NCBI RefSeq assembly: GCF_009834535.1
Contig: NC_045696.1
Location: 65,226,001 to 65,290,000 of the forward strand
Length of the DNA stretch: 64,000 bases
Origin: Camelus ferus
Taxonomy: Eukaryota
Reading direction: 5' to 3'
In this document: one piece after another, positions 25,451 to 39,570 of the stretch
Numbering within the stretch: the first letter of the stretch is position 1
Layout: every line of letters begins with the position of its first letter
The notes under the pieces: model-generated
What the model was told of the DNA's origin: nothing
Seen by the model: the letters and a program-made list of their open reading frames with translations, nothing else
Databases searched by the model: none
Translations under genes and position numbers: made by a program

Positions 25451-25619
25451 TCTGACCTCTATAAGGCTATTGCACCCCCAGAAATCACATCTATATACCA
25501 GTTAAAAAGAAAGTGCACCTTGAAGAGGGGGAAGTGCAGAAGGAGCATGTCTGCCAAGTCTACTCTTCTCCTGGAAGGCCCCACATGGTATTGGTCAGGA
25601 GTGCATCTGTGGTGGCCTT

Positions 25620-26021
25620 TGTACCTGTTCACTAGTACTCAGGTTCACCTCTCTGCAAGCATCTTCCCCTCCACTTCCCCCCGCCCCTGATCAGAAATGA
25701 AGTGTAGTAAGTTACTTGTATCAGTCAACGAAATTTAAGCAAAAATGATATGTATTATAACTGAGCTGTACCTTTAAGACTCCAGTGTACAAGTTGTTAC
25801 ATCTTTTTCCCTCTGTCACTATCTATAGGAACATTCCAAATTACAGCTGTATATGCCTGGGTCCCAGAGTGAGGACCCATGGAGAAGAGTTCACAATGAC
25901 TTTACTTGTGTATGAAACTTTTGCTGAGAGACATACCTTTGTTATTTTTGTTCTTTTCAGCTGCTTACATTTGGCAGTTATTTTTGTCATTGCAGAATAA
26001 CCCAGCACCTCTTGAGAGACA
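25620..26021 (+). mobile_element. MLT1J-like MaLR LTR
   Basis: 'gcctgggtcccagagtgagg', 3' end 'tttgtcattgcagaataacccagc'. Confidence 0.6.
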
Positions 26022-26078
26022 GAAGGCCATATAGATATTAAGGAAGGTAAATGTGGCATCTTAGCCTCTGTTGTCAAG

Positions 26079-26235
26079 CAGTAGTTCCCAATTTGTGGTC
26101 CCTGAACCAGCATCATTGTCACTTAAGATAACGTCGAACGTATAAATTTCTGTCTCTGTTCTAGACCCACTGACTCAATAATCTGTGGCTTAATAAGCTT
26201 TCTGGGTGATTCTAATTTATACTTTACTATCTCTG
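26079..26235. mobile_element. MER5A-like MITE
   Basis: 'cagtagttcccaatttgtggtccctgaaccagcatc...aataagctttctgggtgattct'. Confidence 0.7.
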
Positions 26236-27289
26236 TAGTAAAGGCAGGAAAGGGAGAAAGGGCTTATAAATGACTTTGGCATCAATATACAGTGTGTGCA
26301 AGAATAATGAAGAACAGGAAGGAAACCAAAAATGCTACATTACTATATCATTTGTCATATTACATGATTATACTCAAGGGAAAGGATTTAGATGCAAGAA
26401 GCGGATAGAAATGCTGTATAATCTTGCTCAAATATTGTCATTGTAAACTTTTCTCCAATGAATATTTCATTTGCAATCATGTGGTATATATTTCAGAAAA
26501 AATACATTATCCTGTTTATATGAATACAAAATATGCACAAGACATGGGATATATACTCCAAAATAATTAAGGTTAATTTTAACAGTTGATGTGCAGAATG
26601 CTAGCTCTGCACTGCTGGTGTTCATGTCACTGAATAACTTAAGAAAGCCTTCGGCTGACTGTGATCTTTAGTTCAAAGAAAATATTTGTTGAAGTCTCAA
26701 GATGAGAGCCTAAAGTAAACTGATATGAAAGACTGAATCCACTTTCATTCCATTTTACTTTTTTAATGCTATGAAAATGACAAAAAATCATGCTTTGGAA
26801 AGTTAAACATATATGATAACATTATGTTTAAAATTTACCTAAATAAAAGTTGGAAGAAATGGGAAATAGCTATGAATTGAGAGTGACTAGCACTGCTTGA
26901 ATATTCTTTCCCTTCCTGACAAGTTATTTTGGTGATGTGGAAAGAATAGTGGAGCATGAAGAGAGTAAGAAGACTGTCTCCTCCTCACGTCAGCCTCACT
27001 TTGCCCGTCTGAATAATGGAGCCGTTCTACATATCCCACAAGGCACTGCGTATAGAACAAAAAAGCAAGAAAGTGTTTCCATATTAAATTATTTCATTTA
27101 TTTATCCTTTTACCTAATGGATATGAACAGTGATTACTATGTGCAAACCCTTTGAAAAGTACCATAAATAAGGGTACTGTGTTCAGAGAGTTTATGTTCT
27201 GATGGGGAAGACAGACAAGAAAACAAATGACCCTCAGAAGAATAACTGCTATAAAAGAGACATGAATAAGGTGTCTCGAAGTGTCTCAG

Positions 27290-27989
27290 TCTCTTCCCTT
27301 AACTTTTCCAGATGTCCTATCAATAGCTCAGGTCTGATCCTTACCATTAAATGAATAAGCATAGTTGCCTCCTTATTTCTCTCTCAGGTTCTGGTGTATC
27401 TCGCCTCCAATATATCCTCCACTTGACTGATGGGCAGTTGTAGTGAATAGCAAATCTGAACATTTATTCCCTTGTCTACAGATTGTTTCATAGCTTCCCA
27501 ATGTGAGTAAGTAAATGCCAAGCTCCTGAGCTCAGAGTACACTCTCGCTTTCTCTGGCTTCTCTCTGGCTCACCAGTAGCATCCTCTCTTCACTCCTCTG
27601 GAAACTTGCTTAACTCCAGCTTTACTGAACTGGTTGAGGACTTGAAAACCTGGCAGATTATTTGCCACACCTGGGTTTTCATTCACCCTCTTTCCTGCTA
27701 TGTGTTTAACACATCACAGCACATCATTTTGGCTTAAACATTCCCTCTTCAGAAAGGTCTTCTTGACAACTCTACCTGCTCCGGTTTATGCCCTAGTTCC
27801 TCTAGCTCACATCACCCTGTCATTGCCTTTCTGTTTGATTCCTTATATAGGGTTATTCTCCCCCAGCAGAATATTGCTCCTTGAGGCAAGGCAACTGTTC
27901 ATCTTGTTCACTCCTTTATCTCCAGAATATAGTGGAGGTTCTGTTACATAATAGCTATTCCACAAATATAAATTGAATGAATGAATGAA
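27290..27989 (+). mobile_element. L2 LINE 3' end
   Basis: 'gctccttgaggcaaggc...catcttgttcact...aattgaatgaatgaatgaa' with the typical L2 (TGAA)n tail. Confidence 0.8.
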
Positions 27990-30084
27990 GTGGGCCCATA
28001 CAGCAGAGTCAAGGGCTCATTCTACTTCTGTATGACTCACCTGCATTAAAGAGAGGAAAAACTGGGGACATTTGACCTTGGTCCCAAACATAATTTTCCA
28101 GTAAAACAATCATGTCCTAGCAGGATGTGATAATTGTTTAATTTGGGACAAGGAATCCCCCACATGTCAAAGCACACTCCCCGATTTTATGATGTTTGAC
28201 CGACACTCGTGCACACATTTGCTGTTTCTTGGCGTAAGGCTCTTAATTTCTCGAATCCCTACTCCCCTCATGTTAACCTTTAAAATCCGATCCCTGCCTG
28301 TTTTGTTTCTCTACAACAAGCTGTTCTATATCTTCAAACTAATGTGATTTCACAGTGATAAATATGATAAGGACATTAAAAAATCTGGCTTGATGAATAT
28401 TCATAATAATTTATGTTGGCATTGTTTATTTGACATGTGATTCATATACTTATTTATTCATTCAGTATTTACTTGAAAGGTGCTCTGTTCAAAGCACTAG
28501 GAGCACTAGGAGGAAATATAGTTTCTTTCTTCTCTGAAAATGCTCAGAAATGCTCAGTATAAAGTAGGGGATTTAAACATGATTAAACGCAAATATAATA
28601 ACAGCATTATGACATGGAAAGAACCCCAGTTGAAATTGGAAGAGAGACACCAGAGTTCTCCTTTATGGATTGGGTATTAAATGACTGTGTGAGATCTGGC
28701 AAGTAATTCCATCTTTCTGGGCCTTACTTTCTTATTTGCAATAAGGGATTCAAATTATATAAACACTAAGGTGGCTTTCCAATATATATAAACTGTTGAA
28801 TTTAGGAAATTAAAATTGAAGCAATAAAATATTTGTCTTTCAATTTGGAAAACATTAAATAAACAATAATTCTCAGTTGGCAAATTTTTTTTGAAATGCA
28901 CATTTTTATAAAGCACTAGCAGATATGTGAATTGATATAATCTACTTACGAGATTTAAAATGTGATTTGAACATGATATTCTAATCTATAAAAATTTTTA
29001 TTATGACAGATTTGTTAAAATAGTTTAAAAGTGCATAAATATAAAAAATTAGGACAGTAGATTAATATTTCATCATCCATTCCAACCATTAATTATATTT
29101 TTGGAAACTGTTCAAATCACTTACAAATTGTTAGATTCTGTTCTATGTGATGTGCATGTATAACCTAATTTAATTCCTACCACAAATGTATGAGGAGACA
29201 TAGTTGTATAACCACACTGCAGACGAGATTATAATTAAATGACTAAATTAATGTCTGACTAAACCATAGTAGAGTCAGGATCTGAATAGAGACAGTTTAA
29301 CTCCACAGACCAAGCTCTTAAGGACTGTGCTAAGTGTGTTCCACCACGGCATGGAGTAATACGGCATGAAGCAAAATACAGAGCATGAATCCAAGGTAAA
29401 ATATAGTTGGAAATTTCAAAAATAATAGATGAAAAGTAACAAGGGTGTGATGACAGTAGAAATGGAAAAGAAAGACAGATAATCTAAGGTATATGTGGCA
29501 GGCAATGTGGAGAATCAATGAACTGAATGTGGAGAGAAACAGAATAAATTAAGGGGGTTAATAAAAACACTAATAATTATTATAAGAATGCAGCTACTGC
29601 CTATTAGGAACCTACTATCTTTCAAACACTCTACTAGTCAGTTAACACTCCATCTTAGAAATTAACAGGACTTGATTAGTAGAGATAATTAAGATGAATT
29701 CAATTTTAAACTCATGGGAATTGAAGTGCCCAAGGGACATCATAACTGTTGAGATGTCCGTAGGGAGTACACATGGACGTGAATGACACAGAATAAATCA
29801 GACAGGAACCTAGGAGGCGAGTCCTCCTCCTCAAGAGAAACATGAGTCCCAGAAAGCATAGAGTTTCAATGATCTCTCTCTCTCTCCAGTTTTATATGAA
29901 TTAATTTTTAAAGTTACAAAAGAACTCACACTACACCAAAAAGAAATCACCTCTTAATTTTTTGTATAACTGATCTGCTTTTTCTCATGAGCCTTCACTC
30001 ACCAGGTGGTGACAAAACAAACAAATAACCCAAACACAAACAGGCAAACTATTTTAAACCATTCCTATTAGCTGAACAGCCTTT

Positions 30085-30870
30085 GTAGGATTTTTAGTCT
30101 TAAGAAGTTTTTCAAAATTATAGAAAAAAGTAAAAGAAAACAATATAAATTCCTTTTACCAATCATATACACTTAATAGTCATTTGCATTTTGCCAAATT
30201 GGCTTTTCATTTTTTTCTTGCTATAGTATTTTTTTATATTTATTTTTTATTGAAGTGTAGTTGATTTACAATGTTAGTTTCAGGTGTAGAGCAAAGCGAT
30301 TCAGTTACATATGTAAATACATGCATACATATATATTTTATTTTCAGATTCTTTTCCATTACAGCTCATTACAAGAAATTGAATATAGTGTGCTACACAG
30401 TAGGTCCTTGTTGATTATCTGTTTTATATACAGTAATGTATATCTGTTAATCCCAAACTCATTAGTATTTTAAAGTTAATCACAAACATCATTACATTTC
30501 ACCTCTAAATATTTTGTATGCTTCACCTAAAAATCAGGACTTTAAAAAATATCTTCTCTATAAGCTATTGTACCTTAAAATTAGTGATATTTAATACAAT
30601 CTAATATTCAGTCTATTTTAAAATTCCCTAAATGTCCCCAATGTGTATTTATCTTTGGTCAACGCAAGATCAAATCAAAGACGATCAACCGCATTGCATT
30701 ATGTCCCTAAGATATTTTTAAACCTAGAAGGGTCTCACTTTCTTTTCATACTACTGACTTGAAGACACCAGGACACTTGTCTTGGAGAATGACACCACAT
30801 TTAGCTTGGACCCTTTCAAAGAGAATACTTTGTAGATGATTGTGTGTCCCATATTGCATTATGTCCGAAG
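30085..30870 (-). mobile_element. Old L1MC/ME-type 3' region hosting a younger L1
   Basis: 'ttttcaaaattatagaaaaaagtaaaagaaaac', 'aatacaatctaatattcagtctattttaaaattccc'. Confidence 0.55.
30233..30462 (-). mobile_element. Cetartiodactyl-type L1 3' end
   Basis: 'attgaagtgtagttgatttacaatgttagtttcaggtgtagagcaaagcgattcag'; TSD tagtatttt at 30224-30232 and 30463-30471. Confidence 0.9.
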
Positions 30871-30985
30871 GTGTGTGACTTCTGACTGTCTATTAAATCA
30901 GCTGTAATCTGTGCACCAGACCTCCATGGGAACACAGAAATCTTGCGTCCTATCTACACAGAGAAAATGAGTGTGGCCTGGGAAA

Positions 30986-31098
30986 TAAGATGATCAATTG
31001 TTTTGGTTTACCTGGATCTGAGTGATTTCCCAGCACGTGGGAATTTCATTGCTAAAACTGGGATAATTCTATGAAAGCCAGGACAATTGATCACCCTG
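30986..31098. mobile_element. MER81 (hAT-Blackjack MITE)
   Basis: Imperfect TIRs taagatgatcaattgt / acaattgatcaccctg; 8-bp TSD ctgggaaa (30978-30985) / ttgggaaa (31099-31106). Confidence 0.8.
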
Positions 31099-32346
31099 TT
31101 GGGAAAGCCAAAAAGAAACCCTCTCTCTGTCTAGCAGTGCCATGCTGCAGGGCACCCTTGGCTGGGGTTGCTCCAGGCTGGCCTCTGACTGACATGCACA
31201 GTGGTCTCCTTTCAGAGTCCCCTGTACCTTCAGTATCTCCAACGCACCTTTCTCCTCTGGCACTTCGACCTGGAGATGAAAGACGTGCAGACCTGCCTTA
31301 CCCTCTGCTTTGCTGGCAAAATGAAATCCTTTCTTTTCCCACAAACTCTTAGGAAGAAGATATATTTTTCTTTTTTCTTTTCTCTTTTTGTATACTCAAG
31401 ATTTTTCCTAGACCACTGACAAGACAGGCTAGTATTTTCTTCCTTCAGGTCACATATTTCCTGACTCCAGGCTAACAGCTAAGCCTTAGTAGAGATGAGA
31501 ATACAAGAGATAAAGGGGAACCTTCATGATAAGGGAACCTCATTTTATTTTAAATAGCCATTCTTCCTCATAGGAACTAGTGCACCCCTTACATGCTTTA
31601 AAATATAATGTTAAATGTATTGTGGCTTTGAAAATCACATTGTATTAAAGGAGAAAAAGCTCCTGAAAAGACAGTACTAGAAAATTCTTTTCTTGCCACT
31701 TTCATTATGTGAGTTGGCTTGATGATGGATTGAATGGGATTTGAAAGCATCAAGAGATTATTCTGATATTTGTACTTATAAAATCTTTGTGAAAATTTTT
31801 ATTTCTCAGTCAGGCTTATATCAGCATCTTGCCTGACACCCATTTATATGGTAGATGCTATGTGGCCAATAAAATTCTCTTAAATTCTTTAAGCCATTTG
31901 GCATCTATCTCTTATAAATTACCTCAAATGCTGTGAATACTGGGGGTAGAGGTACCATAGGAAAACAGCATGAGAAGTAGAATGATTTATTCTATATAGC
32001 TGGTAGAAATGGTACATAAGCTGAGATTTTCTGAGTTTCTGTTCAACACTGTGTTCCATATTTTCTGTAGTAACAAATTGTTGATTATATCCCTGTTAGA
32101 CCTGAAAGCTTCTGGAAGACAATATATCTCCTGGAAGAGAAAGCACATGGAATGAAAGTTCTTTTTCATCTCTTTCTCTAAGGAATGTGGCAGATGAAGA
32201 AAGCTAGAAGTACAGTTGCAAAATGTAAGGGGGGTGGTGACAAAAATTTTTGGTAACCAAGATAAATATTTTAATGCAATATTTAAAAAATAAACTTTGA
32301 TGCAAAAATGCATGATGTACATGTTTAATAAGGCTCTGCATCTCTG

Positions 32347-32737
32347 CATGACACTATACAGAGAGCCCTTCAAGGAAGGGCTGCTACCCAGCTGCATGGG
32401 GGTTGGGGGAGTTAGCTGTCAGCTCCTGCAGTGTCTGCCTCAATCGCAGATCCCACCTTATCTAACATCTCACCTTTCCTGGGCCACCAGTGGACATAAC
32501 TGAGCAAGGCATGGGTAGAAATGCCCAGGAATTTTTACCCAATCAGAGAACATTTTAAGGCATGCTCCCTTCAGAAATCCCTGCTGCACTGGCTAGGCTT
32601 TGTCTCATGTGCATCTTAGTTTGCTTCCTCTGCACAGTCCTGTTTCCTCCACCTTCCTTCACAGGTTTTGATCCTTAAAACATCCTGCATCTCAGTCTCC
32701 GATTTTAGCATCTGCTTCCAGAACCCAATCTGTGACT
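32347..32737 (+). mobile_element. LTR16C-like ERVL LTR, flanked by possible MER63-like hAT fragments (~32230-32330, ~32780-32835)
   Basis: 'ttcacaggttttgatcct...catcctgca...agcatctgcttccagaacccaatctgtgac'. Confidence 0.7.
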
Positions 32738-33074
32738 GAGATACAGATTTTTTTTTTTTTTTTTGGAAAGAAAAACTTTCATTGCTGTTGCAAAATCATC
32801 TGTATGAAGTAAAAATTGGTTTTGATAATACTGGTAGAGAAAATGTGCTGGAAAGTGGAGGTAACCAGATGTAAAATCCTGGCAACAATTTAATAGAACA
32901 GTCCCAGACGGCTAGGCTGAGGCCAACACCTAATAAAGGTGAAAACCTTGTCTGTGAGGAATCTGGGGTGATACCTGGAGAAAAATTACACTGTGCATAA
33001 ACCAAATTGTATTGTTTTCACAAGTCTGCCTCATCCATGTACTATGATTTTTATTAAAATCTTAATAAATAAAC

Positions 33075-33335
33075 AAGTCCTGGTCATGCATTGTATAGGA
33101 CGTTAACTCTAGTCAACAATACTATATTGTACATTTGAAAGATGCTAAGAGAGTCGACCTTAAAAGTTGTCATCACAAGAAAACAATCTGTTAATATGTG
33201 GTGATTGATCTCAACTAACCTTATTTTGCTAATCATTTTTATATAGAGACATATATATATATAAAATCATTATATTGTACACAAAAACGAATATAATGTT
33301 ATGTCAATTATATCTCCATTAAAAGAATGAAAATA
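33075..33335 (+). mobile_element. L1MA9-like 3' end
   Basis: 'actatattgtacatttgaaagatgctaagagagtcgaccttaaaagttgtcatcacaag...gtcaattatatctc'. Confidence 0.8.
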
Positions 33336-36151
33336 AAATAAACTTCTAAAATGCTGAATTTCCTTGTTTCAGTTTCTCTTCCTAAAAATCTAAAGAGACT
33401 GTTATCTACACAGCTGTCAGGCAAATAGGAATGGAGTGTAGATGAGTTTTAAACAAATGACCACACACACATGCAATTATAACAGATCAAATTAAAAATA
33501 ATGCTCATCCGTTACCACAGTGCGGTTTCATTACTGATTATCATCCAATCTCAGGGTAGAATAAAAACCCTGTGCTTGGATTTCTTAGAGTACTGATTCC
33601 TGATGGTATGGTTCACATTCTTCTTTTTTGTTTATATTTCTTTTTTTTTTATTTTTTGCTCTATCACAGGAACATGTATCAGACTAGTTATATCCTTATG
33701 ATTCACTAGTTGTGGACGGTTCCTAAAGCTTTGGTCAAAATTGACTCAAAAATGTTTAACAAAAAAAAGTCTTTATGTCACAAATGCAAGACTTTATCAA
33801 CTGTATTTCTATTAACCCCATCATTTCTTCTTCTTAGTAACTACTGCACAGATCTGTACCCATGCTGCAAATTGAGGAGTTATATTCCCCTTAAATGTAA
33901 ATATGCTTAGCTATCCAAGAAGCTTCAGCATCACTCTTTTTTAATGAATCACCCGCAAAGGGGTTAAATAAGCTTCCAACAAAATGAAAAAAATATTTTT
34001 TTCTGGGTTTGAGGCAGGAAACAATATGGTTTGGGTTGAGTGTTACCAGAAAGGTTATCTTTCACTAGCTAAAATCTTTTTCATATATAGTATCTTTTTC
34101 CTCCCTCCTTTCCTGCCTCCTTCTTTCCTTTCTTCCTTTCTTCTTTACTTCCTTTCTTCTGTTCTGTCTCAACTGCAGAGCCCTACCTTATCCAAGATTC
34201 TGTCCTTCCTAAATTGCTCACATGTAGGAAATGCTTCATTCTACCTTGCACCTTCCAGCTCAATGGAGTTTCACCAATACTTGCTTTGTGCTCACTACAT
34301 AACACGTTATACTTGTATCTAGGTAGAAATATGTTTTTTTCTATTAGAAAACCATACAAATTATTGTCCTGCATTTCAGAATACTTTGGTTCTGGTATTA
34401 GCCTTACTACAAATTTAATACTTGACACTGAATAATCATTTTACTTTTTTGGATTTCAACTTGTCCCTCTGATATAAGGAGATACTTGCTGAAATACTGT
34501 TGAAACTTTCATTATAGAAGTTACAAAGTTGAATAGGTATATTCTAGGAACAGTTTTGGAGAATTCCATGTGTAATTTTACAGATTTAGCAGGAGTATGA
34601 AAGTGTGTGGGCAATATGGAATAAGCCATAGACATGAATTCTAGGGTTATTGTTTAGTACCTAGAAGGCCTTGAACATTTTTTACAACCTCTTAGATTTT
34701 TAGTTCATTCATTTGTGATTGGAGATAATGGGGATAATAATAACTAACTTGCATGGGTATTGAGAGGATCTGAGGGCCCCTTCCACCCAGAAGGTAATTC
34801 ATGGCTTATAGCAGTTGCTTTATAATTGTCAGCTATCATTATCACTGAAAAATGTACAATATTTTTGTCAGACCTGTTTTCTTCTTTAAATTAAAATTTT
34901 TGCTTGATTGTATTTAGTTCTGGGTTTATACATACTGTTAATTTGCACAATTTTGTAATATGCAAAGTCCTTTGCGCTCTCAGAGAAAATGTATTATGCA
35001 AATAGAGAACATTATTATTCCCTTTACTGATGTGTGAATGCTCAAGGCTCCAGACACATTCATCTTAAAGGAAGTATTAACTTCCAAATCTCCATGAACC
35101 CTATAAATGCACACTTAATAAACACTGACAATTTAAAATGTTTCACTTTCCTATGAAAAGTGAAAACAAAGAAAAAAGTTAATGTAAGACAAAATGTATG
35201 ATTATAAAATGCTAGAATTCAATCTTTTAGTATTAACTTCTTGCAAATTAAGTGTAGGCAATAGTAATAAGGGGTCTTGCCAATCATTGCCAATTACAGA
35301 GACCTATCTATACATACTTGAGCTATGTACATTTCCTTGTTACTGTATTATCATCTTACAGTTGCATTAACTTGGCACAGCATTCATATATATTTTTAAA
35401 TTCTCATAATTAGCCTGTGGGAAAGAAAGCAAGGGATAATCAGTTCTTTATTTTAAATGAAAAAACAGAGGCAGGGAGAGCCTAAGTCACTGGTCTATGG
35501 TCACAGGAGAGTCTAAGTTCACACTGTATTCACTCCACCCGTGGGCATGGAGAGAGCATGTAAGGGGAATCATGATTATTCCAATTTGATTGGAGTGTAG
35601 ATTTGAGAAGAAAGTTGGAACAGGTTGAAAGATACTTCAAATTAAAGCTAAGACATTTGAGTATTTTTATGGACAGACTTAGAGGAAAAATTGAAGGCTC
35701 TTAAAAGACTCTCCTCATCAGAACTGTGCTCTGAGAAGATTAATATGGTGGCACATGAAGATAGACTGGAAATGAAAGGAATAGAAGCAGAGATTAACTG
35801 GGTGATTGGAATAGCTCAGAAAATAAAACAATGATGAACGAAACCATTAAGGAGGCAGTGTGAATATAAAGAAGGGTAAGTTGAAAGAGTTGGGGAAATA
35901 GGGGTGGTAAAGAGTAGAGAGGATACAATGATAAAACTTTTTCACTTAGTTTTGAGCCAATTATGAAAATGGGACAGAAGAATTTAAAAGATATAGATTA
36001 ACAAGTCTGCTTAATGGCTGAAGTTTGTGGGTTTAGCCAGACTATAGCCAATCAGCTTGCTGTATGTGGATTCAACAACCTTTCACACTGAGTCAATGCC
36101 ATTAATGGATAACTTTACCCCTCCCTGTGTGGGCTATGTTGGTAACCAGGC

Positions 36152-36218
36152 AAGGAGAAGCAGAAAATGCCTAGAATATATCTAAAAGGAGAAGCAGAAA
36201 ATGCCTAGAATATATCTA
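36152..36218 (+). repeat. Exact 33-bp tandem duplication (period 34)
   Basis: aaggagaagcagaaaatgcctagaatatatcta at 36152-36184 and 36186-36218. Confidence 0.95.
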
Positions 36219-36234
36219 TCTGTCATCTATCTAT

Positions 36235-36279
<45 letters not shown>

Positions 36280-36300
36280 CATCCACACACACACATACAT
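36213..36300 (+). repeat. Compound microsatellite (TATC)n-(CA)n
   Basis: Long imperfect tatc run followed by a cacaca run. Confidence 0.95.
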
Positions 36301-36585
36301 CTGTGGGCACTCTGTTTCTGAAAAGGAGGGATGGTAGAGCTGAAATAAGTATGTTCAGTTCCTTCTTCCAAACTTGTGAATCAGAAAATCACCTCTCTTC
36401 TGTGGGGAATGGAAAATAAAGAGTAATGAAAGAGACCAAGATTTGACCAAAAGATGATTCTAGGAAAGTTCCTCTAAAGGGAGCCGTAAGGACTTGAAAG
36501 TAAGTAAAATAAAACAAAATCATCTTAAATGGCTTCTATTAACTTTAGCCTGAAGAAAACCGTCAGTAATAAACTTAGCCTAAAG

Positions 36586-36795
36586 CAGGGTTTCTCAGCT
36601 TCAGCACTAATGACATATTTGAACAGAAAGTTATTTGTTGTAGGAAATTATATGGTGCATTGCAGGAAGTTGAACAACATCCTTGGCCTCTGCCATTATC
36701 ACATCCCCAGTATTGACACCCAGGAATATCTCCACATATTGTCAGATTGCCTCTGGGGGACAAAACCTTCTCATCCTTTCCATTGAGAATCACTG
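36586..36795. mobile_element. MER20 (hAT-Charlie MITE), full length
   Basis: TIRs cagggtttctca / tgagaatcactg; 8-bp TSD gcctaaag (36578-36585) / gcctaaat (36796-36803). Confidence 0.9.
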
Positions 36796-37899
36796 GCCTA
36801 AATAGAGAGACCTATGAACCATGGTCATCTCAAGAACTTAAGTTTTATCTTCCTAAATTAATTATGCATGAGTCTTTGCAGATGTATTCCTTAGCTTTTT
36901 TTGTAGGTTCAAAAGACCATGTCTATCATTATGAGAGGAATATAATTTACACTAAACCTGACATTTTAGAAAAGACATTGCTAGCTAGATAGCTGGGAGA
37001 GAGCTAGTGGGAATTCATTACATAAAGTCCCTTCCCTAGTTTGGAAGGATATTCTTTGGTCTATAAAATATTTTTAAAATTCTCTTTCTCAGCGATAGAA
37101 GACTTTATTTATTGTACAAGGAAGTAGGTAGGAAAAAAGCATCCAGGTGCCATTAAGATTAATAACACTCTTGTCATTACTGCCATTCTTTCACAGACAT
37201 CCACTTATGCGGTCTCTGAAGATATTATTTCAGCATTGAGCTATACTGTATCCATCTGGAACAGGAAATGCCATTGTAGGAGATATGAAATAAAAAGTAA
37301 AACCCATAAAATACTCTATAATCTTCCACAATTTGGTTTATGCAGACAACATTAAAATTAAAATAGCAAGACTTGGGTTCAAGAACCACCTCAGCTCCTG
37401 ACTTGCTTCTTTACCTTGAAGTCATACCATTTTTCCGGGACTGAGGTGATGCGTGGGTACCAAAGCAACCCTCCACAATGCTGTGTACTTGAGTTAGATG
37501 GGTTGGATTTTTTTTTTTCTGATTCATGTTTGTTCATAATTTTGTCACTTAGGGGACTGCCTATCAGAAATCCCAATTTCGGTAAATCTTGGCTTTGACC
37601 TCTGTCCTTCTTGCTGCAAAAGTCAGTTTCTTGCCAGGTTATATAAGTGCCCTCAAAGTAAAAGCATCTTCCAGCCTCAGCCTACCACTTTAGTTTTTCC
37701 TTTTCTCTTAGGTTCCAGCATGGTCACTTTTTTCCCTGTATTTTCAGCTCTTTGTGGCTTTTTTATTGTTTTCAATGATAGACTAGTTGCCATGATCAGA
37801 AACTGGAAATCTGATACATTCAATACAAATAATTGGGAAAATAAACTCGGTTATGGAACAATAAAAAGCACTATAATGTAACTATCAAGAGGAATCCCA

Positions 37900-39570
37900 T
37901 GAAGCTATTTCTTTTTTTTAATGGAGCATAAAAATACTCATATTTTTATCATACTCAATGTATTCCTTTATATTGTATTTTTGCCTTTAAACTCTTTTTA
38001 TAAAACACTTAATAAATACAAATTAATGTTTATAGCATAGGTGAGAAATGTAAATAATAGTAGTAAGGTGAAGAACCCGATGTTTAACTTAGATAGAATT
38101 TATAAATTCCTTCTTTAATCCAAGATAATAATTATTCTGTTTGTGTTTTTTATGTTTTCCTTTGCTTCCAACATTTTTGTTTTTCATTTTGTCATATTTA
38201 TCACAAACACTTTCTGTAATACTGAAATTTTGTATGAATACACATTGGTAATTAGATAATATTTCATAAATTATATATCATAATCTACCTAACAATTCTA
38301 ATAACAGACATTTGTTTTTACTTTTTAGTAAATAATGTTGTGTTAGTCATCTCTAAGCTTAAGCCTTTGTTCATAGTTTTGAATGCTTGGGTAATAAATC
38401 TAGAAATTAAATTAAGAGGTCAAAGAATATGTATTTTTTAAGATCTTTGATACAATGGGCTGAAAAACACTTTTCAGAAAAATTTGTATGGATTATCAGC
38501 ATAGTATTGTAATTACCTAGGTGGAATCATTAATCAGACCACAAGAATTATAGCCCTGATTTACCTCTAGCTAACTGTGTGCTTGGACAAGTTCTTAATT
38601 GCTATGTGCCTCTATATTTATTTATTTATTGTAAAGTGATGCTAATAAGTACCTACATTCTAAAATTGTTGTGAATATTTAATAGGTTAATATAACTTAT
38701 ACAAATATGCTATATGCAAAAGACTTAATGCAACAAAATGCTTGATAAGTATCAGTAACAATGTATGAGTGTGTTGTACTAATAGCATACACTTGTGAAT
38801 ATTAATTTATATATTTTCTAAAATATTTGCTAATATCATAAGTAAATATATTCTTTTTTCATTTTTAATTATTTCAATGATTATTTATTTTCACATATGT
38901 ATTAACAGCTCTTTCTTTTATAAACCAGAAATCCATGCCTTTCCCATTGATATAGAGGAATACTTTCATTCCTATGAATTTTTTTTAATTCCCTAAGTAC
39001 CAAGAAAGTTAGCCCTCTTACACAGTAAGTGTTTCAATCATTTCATTTTCTAATTTGTTTTCTTTTTTGTTTTATGATATGTATTTTTTAAATGTCTCAA
39101 TATAAAAAAATGCTTGAATCCTATCCTTAATGACGTTTCCTATTTACCTTATGTTTAGAATGTGTTTCCTCAGTTTTAGGAAAAGTTAGTCTATATTTTC
39201 TTTTAGTTAAGCAGTTTAATTTTCAAACCTCAATGCACCAGAGATTTATTTTTATCTAAGTCTGTATATTATTTATGTCCCGTATTAATTCCAAGGGCTT
39301 CCCATAAGAAATTCTAGGGTTTTGAAGTAAAAGAAATTATTTTTGGAGAGCAATGATAGTGTCTCTCTTTCCAACAGCTAGAGATCTTGTCTTACTACTG
39401 TTTATTTCAGACTTAAGGGTGTGTCACCAGTGTTTCTCTGTTAAGTATAATATTGGCACTGGAATTCAGAATGAGAGACATCCCTTATTACATGAATAAA
39501 ACATCCTTCTAGTTCCAATTCACTCAGCATTTAAATGAGAAATAGTTAAATCATATTACATTTCTTTATA
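37900..39570 (-). mobile_element. Highly decayed L1ME-like region with nested MIR (~38515-38760, +)
   Basis: T-rich antisense L1-like text; MIR core 'tagctaactgtgtgcttggacaagttcttaa'. Confidence 0.5.

Noticed and set aside
31987..32397. 136-aa ORF
   Set aside because: Runs across LTR16-like and hAT-like fragments; composition looks random.
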